Shown piece by piece: positions 8,519-15,790 of a DNA stretch of 33,377 bases (position 1 is its first letter; every line of letters begins with the position of its first letter). Position numbers and translations under genes: made by a program. Source of the stretch: a virus. Its lineage: Duplodnaviria > Caudoviricetes. A model generated the notes under the pieces. The model had not been told where the DNA came from, ran no database searches, and saw only the letters and a list, made by a program, of their open reading frames with translations. Location: positions 1 through 33,377 of the IMG/VR virus record IMGVR_UViG_3300045580_000128, one strand, 5' to 3'.

Positions 8519-9026
8519 GACAGTTGTATCCTTTCTTGCACTCAAGGCAATAACACGGAGAATGGCTACTAGACACACTCTCGTCGCCAGTATCAATACA
8601 TACCATCACATCACGGCCATCCCTATTCACATATCCAACATTACCAATGTGATTATCACCAAAGTAGAAATCATGATCTTCCATTTTGCTAGTAAGTTCG
8701 TCAATCTCACCGCAATATTCTTCTTCAAGTTCGTAACGGTCACATTCTCCACACTTACAAGTATTACCACCACAACCAATAGTGGTAGCAACTTCTGTAA
8801 TATATCCCCAATCGCTCAAACGCTTACTCTTGCCAATACGCACACGCCCAACTTCGCTATAAACACGGGGAGCAAGATCATATTCAGCCAAATAAGACTG
8901 ATTATAATGAGCAATATTTGCAGCTTCATAGCTACTAAAAGATTTGAATCCGCGAATACTATTCTTGAGCATATAGAAGTCGGAAGCACAACCATGACTC
9001 TTACGCTTGGGGCTAATACAATACAT
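8511..9026 (-). CDS. minimal protein-kinase-like (APH/RIO-type fold) protein
   Basis: LAPRVY, GYITE hinge, catalytic loop GDNHIGNVG and metal-binding CIDTG. Confidence 0.65.
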   Translation of the reverse strand: MYCISPKRKSHGCASDFYMLKNSIRGFKSFSSYEAANIAHYNQSYLAEYDLAPRVYSEVGRVRIGKSKRLSDWGYITEVATTIGCGGNTCKCGECDRYELEEEYCGEIDELTSKMEDHDFYFGDNHIGNVGYVNRDGRDVMVCIDTGDESVSSSHSPCYCLECKKGYNCRG

Positions 9027-9037
9027 TATTATAATCC

Positions 9038-9742
9038 TTAGTGAGCGGGAAACAACACGTTAGCAAGACCACGAACACACATATCACAACTAATACTATC
9101 TTTAGTACCAGTGCAAGTAATAACAGAGCGACCGCGACGAATCTCGGGGCAAGTGATATACTTTTCGTTATCAATTACCACAAGTTTAGGCAGAGCCTTA
9201 CGCCATGCGTCAGCTTTAGCCTTATTCTTAGGCCGCTTCGGTGCTACCTTGGCGTCACTATCACACCAAGCGAACAGCTTGAAGCCAGCAGATGATGCAG
9301 AGGCTTTATCACTAGCGTTATGGATGCTAGCATAGACCGCCATATACTTTTCCATAGCTACAAGGCGACTATCGTAGATATGAGTATAAAACCACATATC
9401 GGGCAACTCTTTACCCTCTGACACAATACTCTCACAAGCCCACATTACATTATCAACGTAGTTCGTGTCAAGTTCGCCATTGAGAAACCAATCGCCACGC
9501 TCATGCCAGCGAATAGACTTATTACGCTTGACAGCATCCAGAATCATAGAGCGAATACGGCCACGCTCCGTGATAACGTTGTGAAATCCAGCCTCGCGGG
9601 CATTTTTGTACTGGCGTTCAGTAGCTTCCGCGTAGCATCCATTGCCAAGAAATGCACAACTATTCGGGCAAGTATCCCCAACCGGACGAGAAACCACGAT
9701 ACAACCCTTGCCCAGCTTATCGTTTCCGTCTGCAATCTTCAT
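9038..9742 (-). CDS. GP88-like Cys-rich protein
   Basis: GNxKL, TCPxSC..GCYA and IRWHERGD motifs typical of phage gene-product-88-like proteins. Confidence 0.65.
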   Translation of the reverse strand: MKIADGNDKLGKGCIVVSRPVGDTCPNSCAFLGNGCYAEATERQYKNAREAGFHNVITERGRIRSMILDAVKRNKSIRWHERGDWFLNGELDTNYVDNVMWACESIVSEGKELPDMWFYTHIYDSRLVAMEKYMAVYASIHNASDKASASSAGFKLFAWCDSDAKVAPKRPKNKAKADAWRKALPKLVVIDNEKYITCPEIRRGRSVITCTGTKDSISCDMCVRGLANVLFPAH

Positions 9743-9768
9743 TTCTCTTCTCCCTTGTATGCAGTGAT

Positions 9769-9827
9769 TCTACACCATATATCGTCACTGTCAAGGGGAA
9801 ATCTTTAGAAAGCAAAACATATGCCAA
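9769..9827 (-). promoter_or_regulatory. stacked sigma54-like, sigma28-like and sigma70 promoters
   Basis: TTGGCATATGTTTTGCT (9811-9827); CTAAAG-N16-GACGATAT; TTGACA..TAGAAT. Confidence 0.6.
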
Positions 9828-9848
9828 ACCAGATTTTTTCTTAGTTGG

Positions 9849-9930
9849 CGTAAGTTGTTGGTAGATAAGGACTTGCGGCGAACGCGGCCCGCCCCGCTAT
9901 TCCTAAATCCTTGAGAGATAAGGACTTAGA
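9849..9930. repeat. 82-bp double-dyad element, copy 5
   Basis: CGTAAGTTGTT-GGTAGAT-AAGGACTTGCG, 24 bp, CCTAAATCCTT-GAGAGAT-AAGGACTTAGA. Confidence 0.9.
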
Positions 9931-10149
9931 TCAATTCTTCTCATCAACGTAGACTTCTTTGCCATCGCTATCAATTATGACCGCAATATCGTACTTGCGT
10001 TGAAGTTTATCTTTCATAGATAGCCAAAACCATCTGGCTTGTTGTTCGCTATCAAATGGGCCATATGGAATTATAATACCACTGCCCTTACCACGAAATG
10101 TCTCGTAGTCTATTGTCCACACTGGAAAAAGAATCTTTAATGTATACAT
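9931..10149 (-). CDS. hypothetical protein
   Basis: 72 aa with a YGPFDSEQQA motif; start abuts a tRNA 3' end. Confidence 0.55.
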   Translation of the reverse strand: MYTLKILFPVWTIDYETFRGKGSGIIIPYGPFDSEQQARWFWLSMKDKLQRKYDIAVIIDSDGKEVYVDEKN

Positions 10150-10151
10150 AG

Positions 10152-10236
10152 CGGCTGAAATAGGATTCGAACCTATGAAGGATTGCTCCTTGACGGTTTT
10201 CTAGACCGTTGCATTAATCCGCTCTGCCATTCAGCC
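10152..10236 (-). tRNA. tRNA-Ser(AGA)
   Basis: GGCTGAA/TTCAGCC, G73, ACGGT-CTAGAAA-ACCGT, long variable arm, TTCGAAT. Confidence 0.85.
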
Positions 10237-10237
10237 A

Positions 10238-10309
10238 TGACCCAACGGGGAATCGAACCCCGATCTTCACCGTGAAAGGGTGATGTACTAGCCGTTATAC
10301 GATTGGGCC
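10238..10309 (-). tRNA. tRNA-Glu(UUC)
   Basis: GGCCCAA/TTGGGTC, TCACC-CTTTCAC-GGTGA, TTCGATT. Confidence 0.9.
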
Positions 10310-10313
10310 GAAA

Positions 10314-10400
10314 CAGAGGCCCAGGGAATCTAACCCTGACCGGATTTAACCGGCCCGCTTTAGCAAAGCGGTGCAGCAAAACAGTATCTGCCTGACCTCT
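10314..10400 (-). tRNA. tRNA-Ser(GCU), atypical T-loop
   Basis: AGAGGTC/GGCCTCT, CCGCT-TTGCTAA-AGCGG, long variable arm; T-loop TTAGATT. Confidence 0.75.
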
Positions 10401-10463
10401 ATAAAGCGGCATTTTTGGTTTTTACGTCAGAACACCGCTAAACTGACGCAGTATATAATCAAG

Positions 10464-10548
10464 CACCAGAGGTAGGACTTGAACCTACAATGTCTATCAA
10501 GGACGGGGGATTAACAATCCCCTGCGTTTACCATTCCGCCACTCTGGT
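10464..10548 (-). tRNA. tRNA-Asn(GUU) with long variable arm
   Basis: ACCAGAG/CTCTGGT, G73, GGGGA-TTGTTAA-TCCCC, extra arm GTC-CTTGATA-GAC. Confidence 0.8.
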
Positions 10549-10565
10549 ATATATTTCTTAAATCA

Positions 10566-10636
10566 TTACGGGATTAGGATTCGAACCTAAACAGAAAGGA
10601 CCAAAATCTTTCGTGCTACCGTTACACCATCCCGTA
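10566..10636 (-). tRNA. tRNA-Gln(UUG)
   Basis: TACGGGA/TCCCGTA (U1-A72), loop TTTTGGT, TTCGAAT. Confidence 0.85.
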
Positions 10637-10708
10637 AGCCCACAGAGGGAATCGAACCCCCATTCGATGATTACAAATCAACTGTAATAGCCTTTATACT
10701 ATGCGGGC
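10637..10708 (-). tRNA. tRNA-Thr(UGU)
   Basis: GCCCGCA/TGTGGGC, loop TTTGTAA, TTCGATT. Confidence 0.85.
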
Positions 10709-10749
10709 AACCATCGCAACTCAAACGCCAGCCTCCGTAAAAATAAAAG

Positions 10750-10825
10750 TAGGGGAAGTGGGATTCGCACCCACGATCTTTGGCTTATGAGGCCAACGAG
10801 AACGGCTAGACTTCTCTATTCCCCG
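10750..10825 (-). tRNA. tRNA-Met(CAU), initiator-like
   Basis: TTGGC-CTCATAA-GCCAA; C1xU72 mismatch; T-loop TGCGAAT. Confidence 0.75.
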
Positions 10826-11041
10826 TCAGTAAATACGTAGTTATTATACCATTCTGTGCTATCGTCATATACGGCAACATCTTCTTCGTCAATGAACTCA
10901 TATTCATCGTATATTTCTGGTAGAAAACCGCCAGACCATTTCATAACATTTTCGTTATACATAATAAACACTGAAATAGAGGATGGTGGATGAACTTACC
11001 TATTATACCTTATACACGATGAATTGTCAACTAACGTAAAA

Positions 11042-11114
11042 TAGAGGCGGTGGGACTCGCACCCACGATTTACGGTTTAAAAGACCGTTACTTTAGCTGC
11101 TAAGTTACGCCTCC
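11042..11114 (-). tRNA. tRNA-Lys(UUU)
   Basis: GGAGGCG/CGCCTCT, ACGGT-CTTTTAA-ACCGT; T-loop TGCGAGT. Confidence 0.75.
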
Positions 11115-11123
11115 GAAAGAGAT

Positions 11124-11288
11124 TCACTCTATCACACTGTAGCTATAGCTGTCAACCTCATCTGCATAAGCAATTTGTACCTTATCAAAAACGTCCATAT
11201 AGGTAAAGTTATCCTCTACGGGGATAATCAGATCAACAAAAGACTCACCATTATCGGCCAGAATATCATAAACATGAACGTTCTTCAT
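11124..11288 (-). CDS. small acidic hypothetical protein (not in ORF track)
   Basis: MKNVHVYDILADNGESFVDLIIPVEDNFTYMDVFDKVQIAYADEVDSYSYSVIE*. Confidence 0.6.
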   Translation of the reverse strand: MKNVHVYDILADNGESFVDLIIPVEDNFTYMDVFDKVQIAYADEVDSYSYSVIE

Positions 11289-11291
11289 AAA

Positions 11292-11492
11292 TTATTCCTT
11301 GTTGTCAAAATACCCAGGATAAGCACTCTCTATCGCGGCCCTAGCTCTATCAACCAATTCATGCTGAGAAGAACAGTCTGTTCCGCACTTCTCAAAACAC
11401 TCTACATCATACTCATATTCTGCCAGGATGTCAACTAGAACATCAAACAAATCGTAAACGGCGTCTGGATTAAATTGTTTAGAGACTCTCAC
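11292..11492 (-). CDS. hypothetical protein
   Basis: 66 aa, GAGGA RBS, sigma28-like promoter TTAAAG-N15-GTCGATAA upstream. Confidence 0.65.
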   Translation of the reverse strand: MRVSKQFNPDAVYDLFDVLVDILAEYEYDVECFEKCGTDCSSQHELVDRARAAIESAYPGYFDNKE

Positions 11493-11599
11493 ATTTCCTC
11501 CTAACTTGTTATCGACATTCTATCATCAATACTTTAATCTGTCAAGACCATTCTTCGCTGACTATCGGTAAAACTTCCATCTTCGATCTTTAGGTGATA

Positions 11600-11710
11600 C
11601 TATTCCACCCCATTTTCCTGGCTTACCAATTCTGCCCATCTTACGTATTCCTCCCAAACTACTAAGTCTACCGTTTCCCCCTCATCTTGTATATCTTCAC
11701 AATGATTCAT
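11600..11710 (-). CDS. small acidic peptide (not in ORF track)
   Basis: MNHCEDIQDEGETVDLVVWEEYVRWAELVSQENGVE*, with AGGAGAAGGA RBS behind a composite promoter. Confidence 0.45.
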   Translation of the reverse strand: MNHCEDIQDEGETVDLVVWEEYVRWAELVSQENGVE

Positions 11711-11775
11711 AAGTCCTTCTCCTACAATAGCTTACCACACTTATCGTCACTTGTCAAGCGAAATCTTTAATTTTT

Positions 11776-11857
11776 CCTAAGTCTATATCTGGTAAGGGTT
11801 TACGTCAAATTTCGCCCGCCCGCCGTGCCCTAAGTCCTTACGCTGCAAGGGTTTAGG
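11776..11857. repeat. 82-bp double-dyad element, copy 6
   Basis: CCTAAGTCTAT-ATCTGGT-AAGGGTTTACG, 24 bp, CCTAAGTCCTT-ACGCTGC-AAGGGTTTAGG. Confidence 0.9.
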
Positions 11858-11872
11858 GCGAGCGAGCAGATC

Positions 11873-12277
11873 TTAGAATAGGTGGGCAAAACCCCACTTG
11901 AACATAAGATCACCAGCCGCTGAACGTTTGCACATGTCACTACGCTCAGCATAAAAGTTACGATAGTCACCATTATTCATAAGACAAGTAACCAGCGTAT
12001 TACTACGTGCGAAACTCTTATCACCGTTACGATAATCACTGGACCAATTAAGTCTAGCAATTTCATAATCGGTCAACTTACGAATGTTAACAATCTTAGC
12101 AAGATACCTTTCACAAGTTCCACTCATGGGCTGGAAGTATCGAAAGTTATATACAGAACCAATATGAGCATTAGCAAGGCTATCATTTACACCTCTGTAA
12201 ATATTGTATAGAAACATAGCAGCAAGAAAAAGGCAAACGACGGCAAAGCAAACAGCAAAGATAACATAGTCATTCAT
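11873..12277 (-). CDS. hypothetical membrane-anchored protein
   Basis: N-terminal transmembrane helix; AGGAGA RBS. Confidence 0.75.
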   Translation of the reverse strand: MNDYVIFAVCFAVVCLFLAAMFLYNIYRGVNDSLANAHIGSVYNFRYFQPMSGTCERYLAKIVNIRKLTDYEIARLNWSSDYRNGDKSFARSNTLVTCLMNNGDYRNFYAERSDMCKRSAAGDLMFKWGFAHLF

Positions 12278-12444
12278 TTCTTTTCTCCTTAGTTACTTCT
12301 ATTCTATCAGAAGATTTTAGTTTGTCAAGCGTTCGCAATAAGGGCAACAACAAGGCCGAGAACAAAAGACACCATCAGAATCACAACTTCCTGTCGCATT
12401 ATTATTCCTTAGTTGGAAATACAAGATCAGAAACAAACCACGCA

Positions 12445-12657
12445 CTAACAACACCCACTACGAAACCCACGCCCATCCAAATCCATTCTATATTTATATC
12501 GGCCATTGCTGTCTCCATCTTCACTTTTTGTGTTAGCCCCAAAATCATTATCCATATTATCTTTATATGGATTATATTGTCCAGAGTTTGCAAACGGGTA
12601 ATAGGTATCGTCGTGACTACCCATATACTGCGGCTGATCGTTATCTTTAGAGTTCAT
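12445..12657 (-). CDS. hypothetical protein
   Basis: 70 aa, coupled to the upstream gene; the overlapping 12402-12593 frame probably encodes a short TM peptide from MADINIEW. Confidence 0.45.
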   Translation of the reverse strand: MNSKDNDQPQYMGSHDDTYYPFANSGQYNPYKDNMDNDFGANTKSEDGDSNGRYKYRMDLDGRGFRSGCC

Positions 12658-12865
12658 CCCAAAATTCTTTCATTTGGTCAAGGTCGATACCGCTATCGTT
12701 CCATGCTACGCTATCGGCAGTTTCAACGCAACCTAACTCTCTCATTTGCTCAACAAAATCAGAGTAATCATCACAACCACGGGCGAGATTATATAGCCCC
12801 TCATCGTTTGCAATCCACAGGCAAACATTCCAGGTTTCGTAATTCTTATAACCGTTATAGCTCAT
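12647..12865 (-). CDS. conserved phage hypothetical protein (YNGYxNYETWNVxLW type)
   Basis: Motif typical of a common small phage family; TAATG coupling. Confidence 0.75.
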   Translation of the reverse strand: MSYNGYKNYETWNVCLWIANDEGLYNLARGCDDYSDFVEQMRELGCVETADSVAWNDSGIDLDQMKEFWDEL

Positions 12866-13116
12866 TACTCACCCCCATAATAATCGTCGGCCATTGGGGT
12901 ATCATCCCCATAGTATCCGTAGTCCTCATCAGTTCCCCACCCGCAAGATTCCATAGCCGAATCGTGATCGCCATCCATGCTATCATCATAAGAATCATTC
13001 CAACCATTCTCCAAATCTTCTGCGTTTACTTCACCATAAAAATCATTGTAATCGTCGTAATTCATATCATCCTCGTAAGAGTTATCGGGATCGTAGCACG
13101 GATCGGGGTGACTCAT
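12865..13116 (-). CDS. very acidic Asp/Tyr-rich protein
   Basis: No Lys or Arg after MSHPD; AGGAGA RBS. Confidence 0.7.
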   Translation of the reverse strand: MSHPDPCYDPDNSYEDDMNYDDYNDFYGEVNAEDLENGWNDSYDDSMDGDHDSAMESCGWGTDEDYGYYGDDTPMADDYYGGE

Positions 13117-13127
13117 GATTTTCTCCT

Positions 13128-13286
13128 TCAAGTATACTCTACCGGAACGAATTCGTCAACAATGCCAAGAACATCGGCCCAATCCCAAAAGTTGACTTCC
13201 AGTTTAGGATCGTCAATCGGCTCGGCCATACCATCGTCAACCATGCCAGACAGGATAGCGTTCACATCTTCGAAATCGTAGCTCAT
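13128..13286 (-). CDS. small acidic hypothetical protein
   Basis: MSYDFEDVN...; AGGAGA RBS; composite promoter at 13309-13349. Confidence 0.7.
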   Translation of the reverse strand: MSYDFEDVNAILSGMVDDGMAEPIDDPKLEVNFWDWADVLGIVDEFVPVEYT

Positions 13287-13339
13287 GTCTTTCTCCTTTG
13301 ATGCTCTTATTCTACCATACTTATCGGCAGGAGTCAAGT

Positions 13340-13576
13340 CTAAACATCAGTTTTTTTTGGAAGATTTTGGATCTCTCGCAACACCTTTGCAACACCATCA
13401 AAATCCAGCCAACCAATAACGTCGCCGGTTACTGGCGTATCGTATACGATTTCCCCCGCAGCGTCAAGAACGGCAACCTCAAAAAATCCATTCTTCCCGC
13501 CATACGTCATATCGCCACAAACAACACTAGCACCGTAACCGTTCCCAAACTTATAGACTTTGTGGTAATTCGTCAT
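13340..13576 (-). CDS. conserved phage hypothetical protein (FxNGYGASVV..YGG..G.FEVAVL type)
   Basis: Motif recognition; GAGGA RBS. Confidence 0.75.
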   Translation of the reverse strand: MTNYHKVYKFGNGYGASVVCGDMTYGGKNGFFEVAVLDAAGEIVYDTPVTGDVIGWLDFDGVAKVLREIQNLPKKTDV

Positions 13577-13709
13577 GCTGTCCTCTTTTCTTTCTTTCAT
13601 TCTACCATATATATCGGCACATGCAAGGGAAAAATCTAGAAAAAGCAAAATATATTTTCATGCCAAATCAGAATAATTTTTGTGGCATGGCGTTTGCCAA
13701 GCTATTCGC

Positions 13710-13791
13710 TCTAAGTCTAGACGCCACAAGGGTTTACGAAAAACGCGGCCCCGCCGACCGGCCATAAGTCCTTACGCCACAACCACTTACG
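13710..13791. repeat. 82-bp double-dyad element, copy 7
   Basis: TCTAAGTCTAG-ACGCCAC-AAGGGTTTACG, 24 bp, CATAAGTCCTT-ACGCCAC-AACCACTTACG. Confidence 0.9.
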
Positions 13792-13945
13792 ACTCGTTTC
13801 TCATTCTTCGCAAAAGTTCAGTAGCAATATTACTAATACGTTGCATAGTAATACGACGTTGTAAAGGGTGTGATATATAATCTAATCTAATTTGTTCTGC
13901 TCTTAGAATGTCTTGCAGAATACGTGTTTGGATATGTTCCATATA

Positions 13946-14275
13946 TCAACCATCCCAAGAGAACGGCGAGACTTCCTTATTATTATTCATAATCATTTCA
14001 TACTGATAACGCAGAGCCTCAACACGCTCACGCGAACCTGGCTTTCCAACTTTCATAATCATACTATCATCACTACCAATAAGGCGAGGGTCAGCCTTTA
14101 CATTCTTTATCTTACCAAGATTTCGCAACGCTTTGCGATTGAACTTCAAAACTTTTTCCGAACGAATCGGGCCATATTCACCATTAGCGAGACTCGGCTG
14201 GTGAGGAATAGCAATTCCCAAAAAGCACATACGAGCCTGACGCTTGGCGTTTTCGATGATAGCAAACTTAGCCAT
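13946..14275 (-). CDS. basic hypothetical protein
   Basis: Start MAKFAII after AAGGA; contains GKPGSRERVEAL. Confidence 0.7.
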   Translation of the reverse strand: MAKFAIIENAKRQARMCFLGIAIPHQPSLANGEYGPIRSEKVLKFNRKALRNLGKIKNVKADPRLIGSDDSMIMKVGKPGSRERVEALRYQYEMIMNNNKEVSPFSWDG

Positions 14276-14343
14276 TTTCTTTTTCCTTGGTTTCCTAGTG
14301 ATGGGTGAATTATAGAGATTTTCTTTTGGGCCGTCAAGCCCCA

Positions 14344-14496
14344 CTACTGAGGGAGCGGAGCCTTGCAGGCGAAAATTTCTCCAAACTTATATCCAAACGT
14401 TTTGCAAGCTATTGAACGTGCGTCAATCCAATCTTTGGCAAACACATTTCCAACAAGCTTATTTTCAGCAACGGTATATATAAAAAACTCTAACAT
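14344..14496 (-). CDS. small protein, paralog of 15999-16169 (not in ORF track)
   Basis: MLEFFIYTVAENKLVGNVFAKDWIDARSIACKTFGYKFGEIFACKAPLPQ*; AGGAGA RBS. Confidence 0.8.
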   Translation of the reverse strand: MLEFFIYTVAENKLVGNVFAKDWIDARSIACKTFGYKFGEIFACKAPLPQ

Positions 14497-14508
14497 GATT
14501 TTCTCCTA

Positions 14509-14733
14509 TCAAGCCCAAGCCGGTTGGGTTACGGTAAACTCACACTCTTCAAGATATACGTTACGGTATTCCTTGCTAGTCTCACCATATGTCATAAGTG
14601 TGACCAGCGTACCACGATGAGTCTGGAGAATACGAACGATTTCACCCGTAAACTCCTTACCATCCTTACGACGAACACCATCAAACTCATAAAACTCACC
14701 AATCGGACCAAACTTTGTTTCAACCGTTTTCAT
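14509..14733 (-). CDS. hypothetical protein
   Basis: 74 aa, beta-rich, downstream of a sigma54-type promoter. Confidence 0.7.
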   Translation of the reverse strand: MKTVETKFGPIGEFYEFDGVRRKDGKEFTGEIVRILQTHRGTLVTLMTYGETSKEYRNVYLEECEFTVTQPAWA

Positions 14734-14766
14734 CTTTCAAACTCTCTTTCTTATGCTCTATATATA

Positions 14767-14914
14767 TGCGAAGATCGTGCCAAACTCAGAAATATTTTTT
14801 GTTTCTCTAAGTGGTTGATTCTATTGGACTTACGATCTATGCCAGATTGGCACTGTCAGAATGACTGTTGCATTTTGCTACACTGTGTAGCATTTTGCTC
14901 CGCATTTTGCAACA
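14767..14914 (-). promoter_or_regulatory. sigma54-type promoter with IHF-like site and enhancer-like palindromes
   Basis: TTGGCACGATCTTCGCA (GG-N10-GC) at 14767-14783; TAAGTGGTTGATT at 14808-14820; CA-N3-TG dyads at 14840-14914. Confidence 0.65.
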
Positions 14915-14919
14915 CTCGC

Positions 14920-15001
14920 CGTAAGTCTATATGCCATAAGGGTTTACGTCAAAAACGCCCCTCCCGAATTGACATAACTCCTTACGCCACAAGGACTTAC
15001 G
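14920..15001. repeat. 82-bp double-dyad element, copy 8
   Basis: CGTAAGTCTAT-ATGCCAT-AAGGGTTTACG, 24 bp, CATAACTCCTT-ACGCCAC-AAGGACTTACG. Confidence 0.9.
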
Positions 15002-15003
15002 AC

Positions 15004-15429
15004 CTAAACTTGAAAAGCCTTAACTCTATTTACGTATTTTGCGTATTCTACGTTATTTGAATCATCATCCCAAAAATGTATAGTTTGCTTAATTTGACTA
15101 GCAAACCTATTTAGCACAATCGCTTTCTTTTCAGCAGTCTTTTTATCCTGCATATAATCCCCAACCATAATAATATTCCTAGTTGGGATATAGACTCCAT
15201 TTTTCTTGAAATACCTTTTAATGGAATCTCTCATCTTACCATTACCGCTAGAGCGGGCTGTAAGAATGTATACTTGGTGATAATCTTTCATCCTACGCAC
15301 AATCTTTGTAGGTTTAGCATTTAGGATATCTTGTGTAGCATACCCAATATCCTTAAACTGGCTAAGGCTCGGGGTTTCCTTACCTTGCGTAATTGCTGTA
15401 GTCATGTCAAAATCAAAAAAGCCAATCAT
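15004..15429 (-). CDS. HAD-superfamily phosphatase-like protein
   Basis: Motif I FDFDMT, motif II ILTAR, conserved Lys, motif IV WDDD..N. Confidence 0.75.
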   Translation of the reverse strand: MIGFFDFDMTTAITQGKETPSLSQFKDIGYATQDILNAKPTKIVRRMKDYHQVYILTARSSGNGKMRDSIKRYFKKNGVYIPTRNIIMVGDYMQDKKTAEKKAIVLNRFASQIKQTIHFWDDDSNNVEYAKYVNRVKAFQV

Positions 15430-15440
15430 CTTACTTATCC

Positions 15441-15590
15441 TTAAAGAATCGTCCCATCACCACGAATACGATACATGATTCCACCGATACTGTACAGAAC
15501 AATACCTTCGCCCATATGCTGAACAAATGTTGCCGAATATCCATGACGGGCAACCAACCGGCGAATCGTGTTTTGCACTTGAATGGTCAT
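15441..15590 (-). CDS. small hypothetical protein (not in ORF track)
   Basis: MTIQVQNTIRRLVARHGYSATFVQHMGEGIVLYSIGGIMYRIRGDGTIL*, behind a composite promoter. Confidence 0.65.
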   Translation of the reverse strand: MTIQVQNTIRRLVARHGYSATFVQHMGEGIVLYSIGGIMYRIRGDGTIL

Positions 15591-15708
15591 TTCTGTTCTC
15601 TCTTTCTTATGTCTTAATTATACTCTATTTATCGTCCATGTCAAGGGGCTTTCTTGAGAAAATCAGAAATATAATTTTGTGCCAAATGAGAAGAAAAAAG
15701 AGAATCGT

Positions 15709-15790
15709 CGTAAGTCTATATGCCCCAACAACTTACGTCAAATTTTGCGGCCCCGATTTGTCGTAAGTCCTTATCCCACAACAACTTACG
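15709..15790. repeat. 82-bp double-dyad element, copy 9
   Basis: CGTAAGTCTAT-ATGCCCC-AACAACTTACG, 24 bp, CGTAAGTCCTT-ATCCCAC-AACAACTTACG. Confidence 0.9.

Noticed and set aside
10173-10412. 79-aa ORF from the ORF track
   Set aside because: It lies over three tRNA genes.
10817-10963. Possible 48-aa acidic ORF upstream of tRNA-Met
   Set aside because: It runs into the tRNA, overlaps its putative promoter and has no clear RBS.
12322-13281. 319-aa plus-strand ORF and other plus-strand ORFs in 1-18000
   Set aside because: These are antisense shadows of minus-strand genes that have RBSs and promoters; their Ile/His-rich composition mirrors Asp/Tyr codons on the other strand.
1112-15790. 82-bp elements as CRISPR mini-arrays (29-bp repeat, 24-bp spacer, repeat)
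   Set aside because: The repeats are too degenerate, the spacers resemble one another (shared GC core), and no cas genes are in the window.
1112-15790. 82-bp elements as intrinsic terminators or integron attC sites
   Set aside because: Arms are frequently unpaired, there is no consistent U-tract, there are no RYYYAAC/GTTRRRY ends, and no integrase is in the window.
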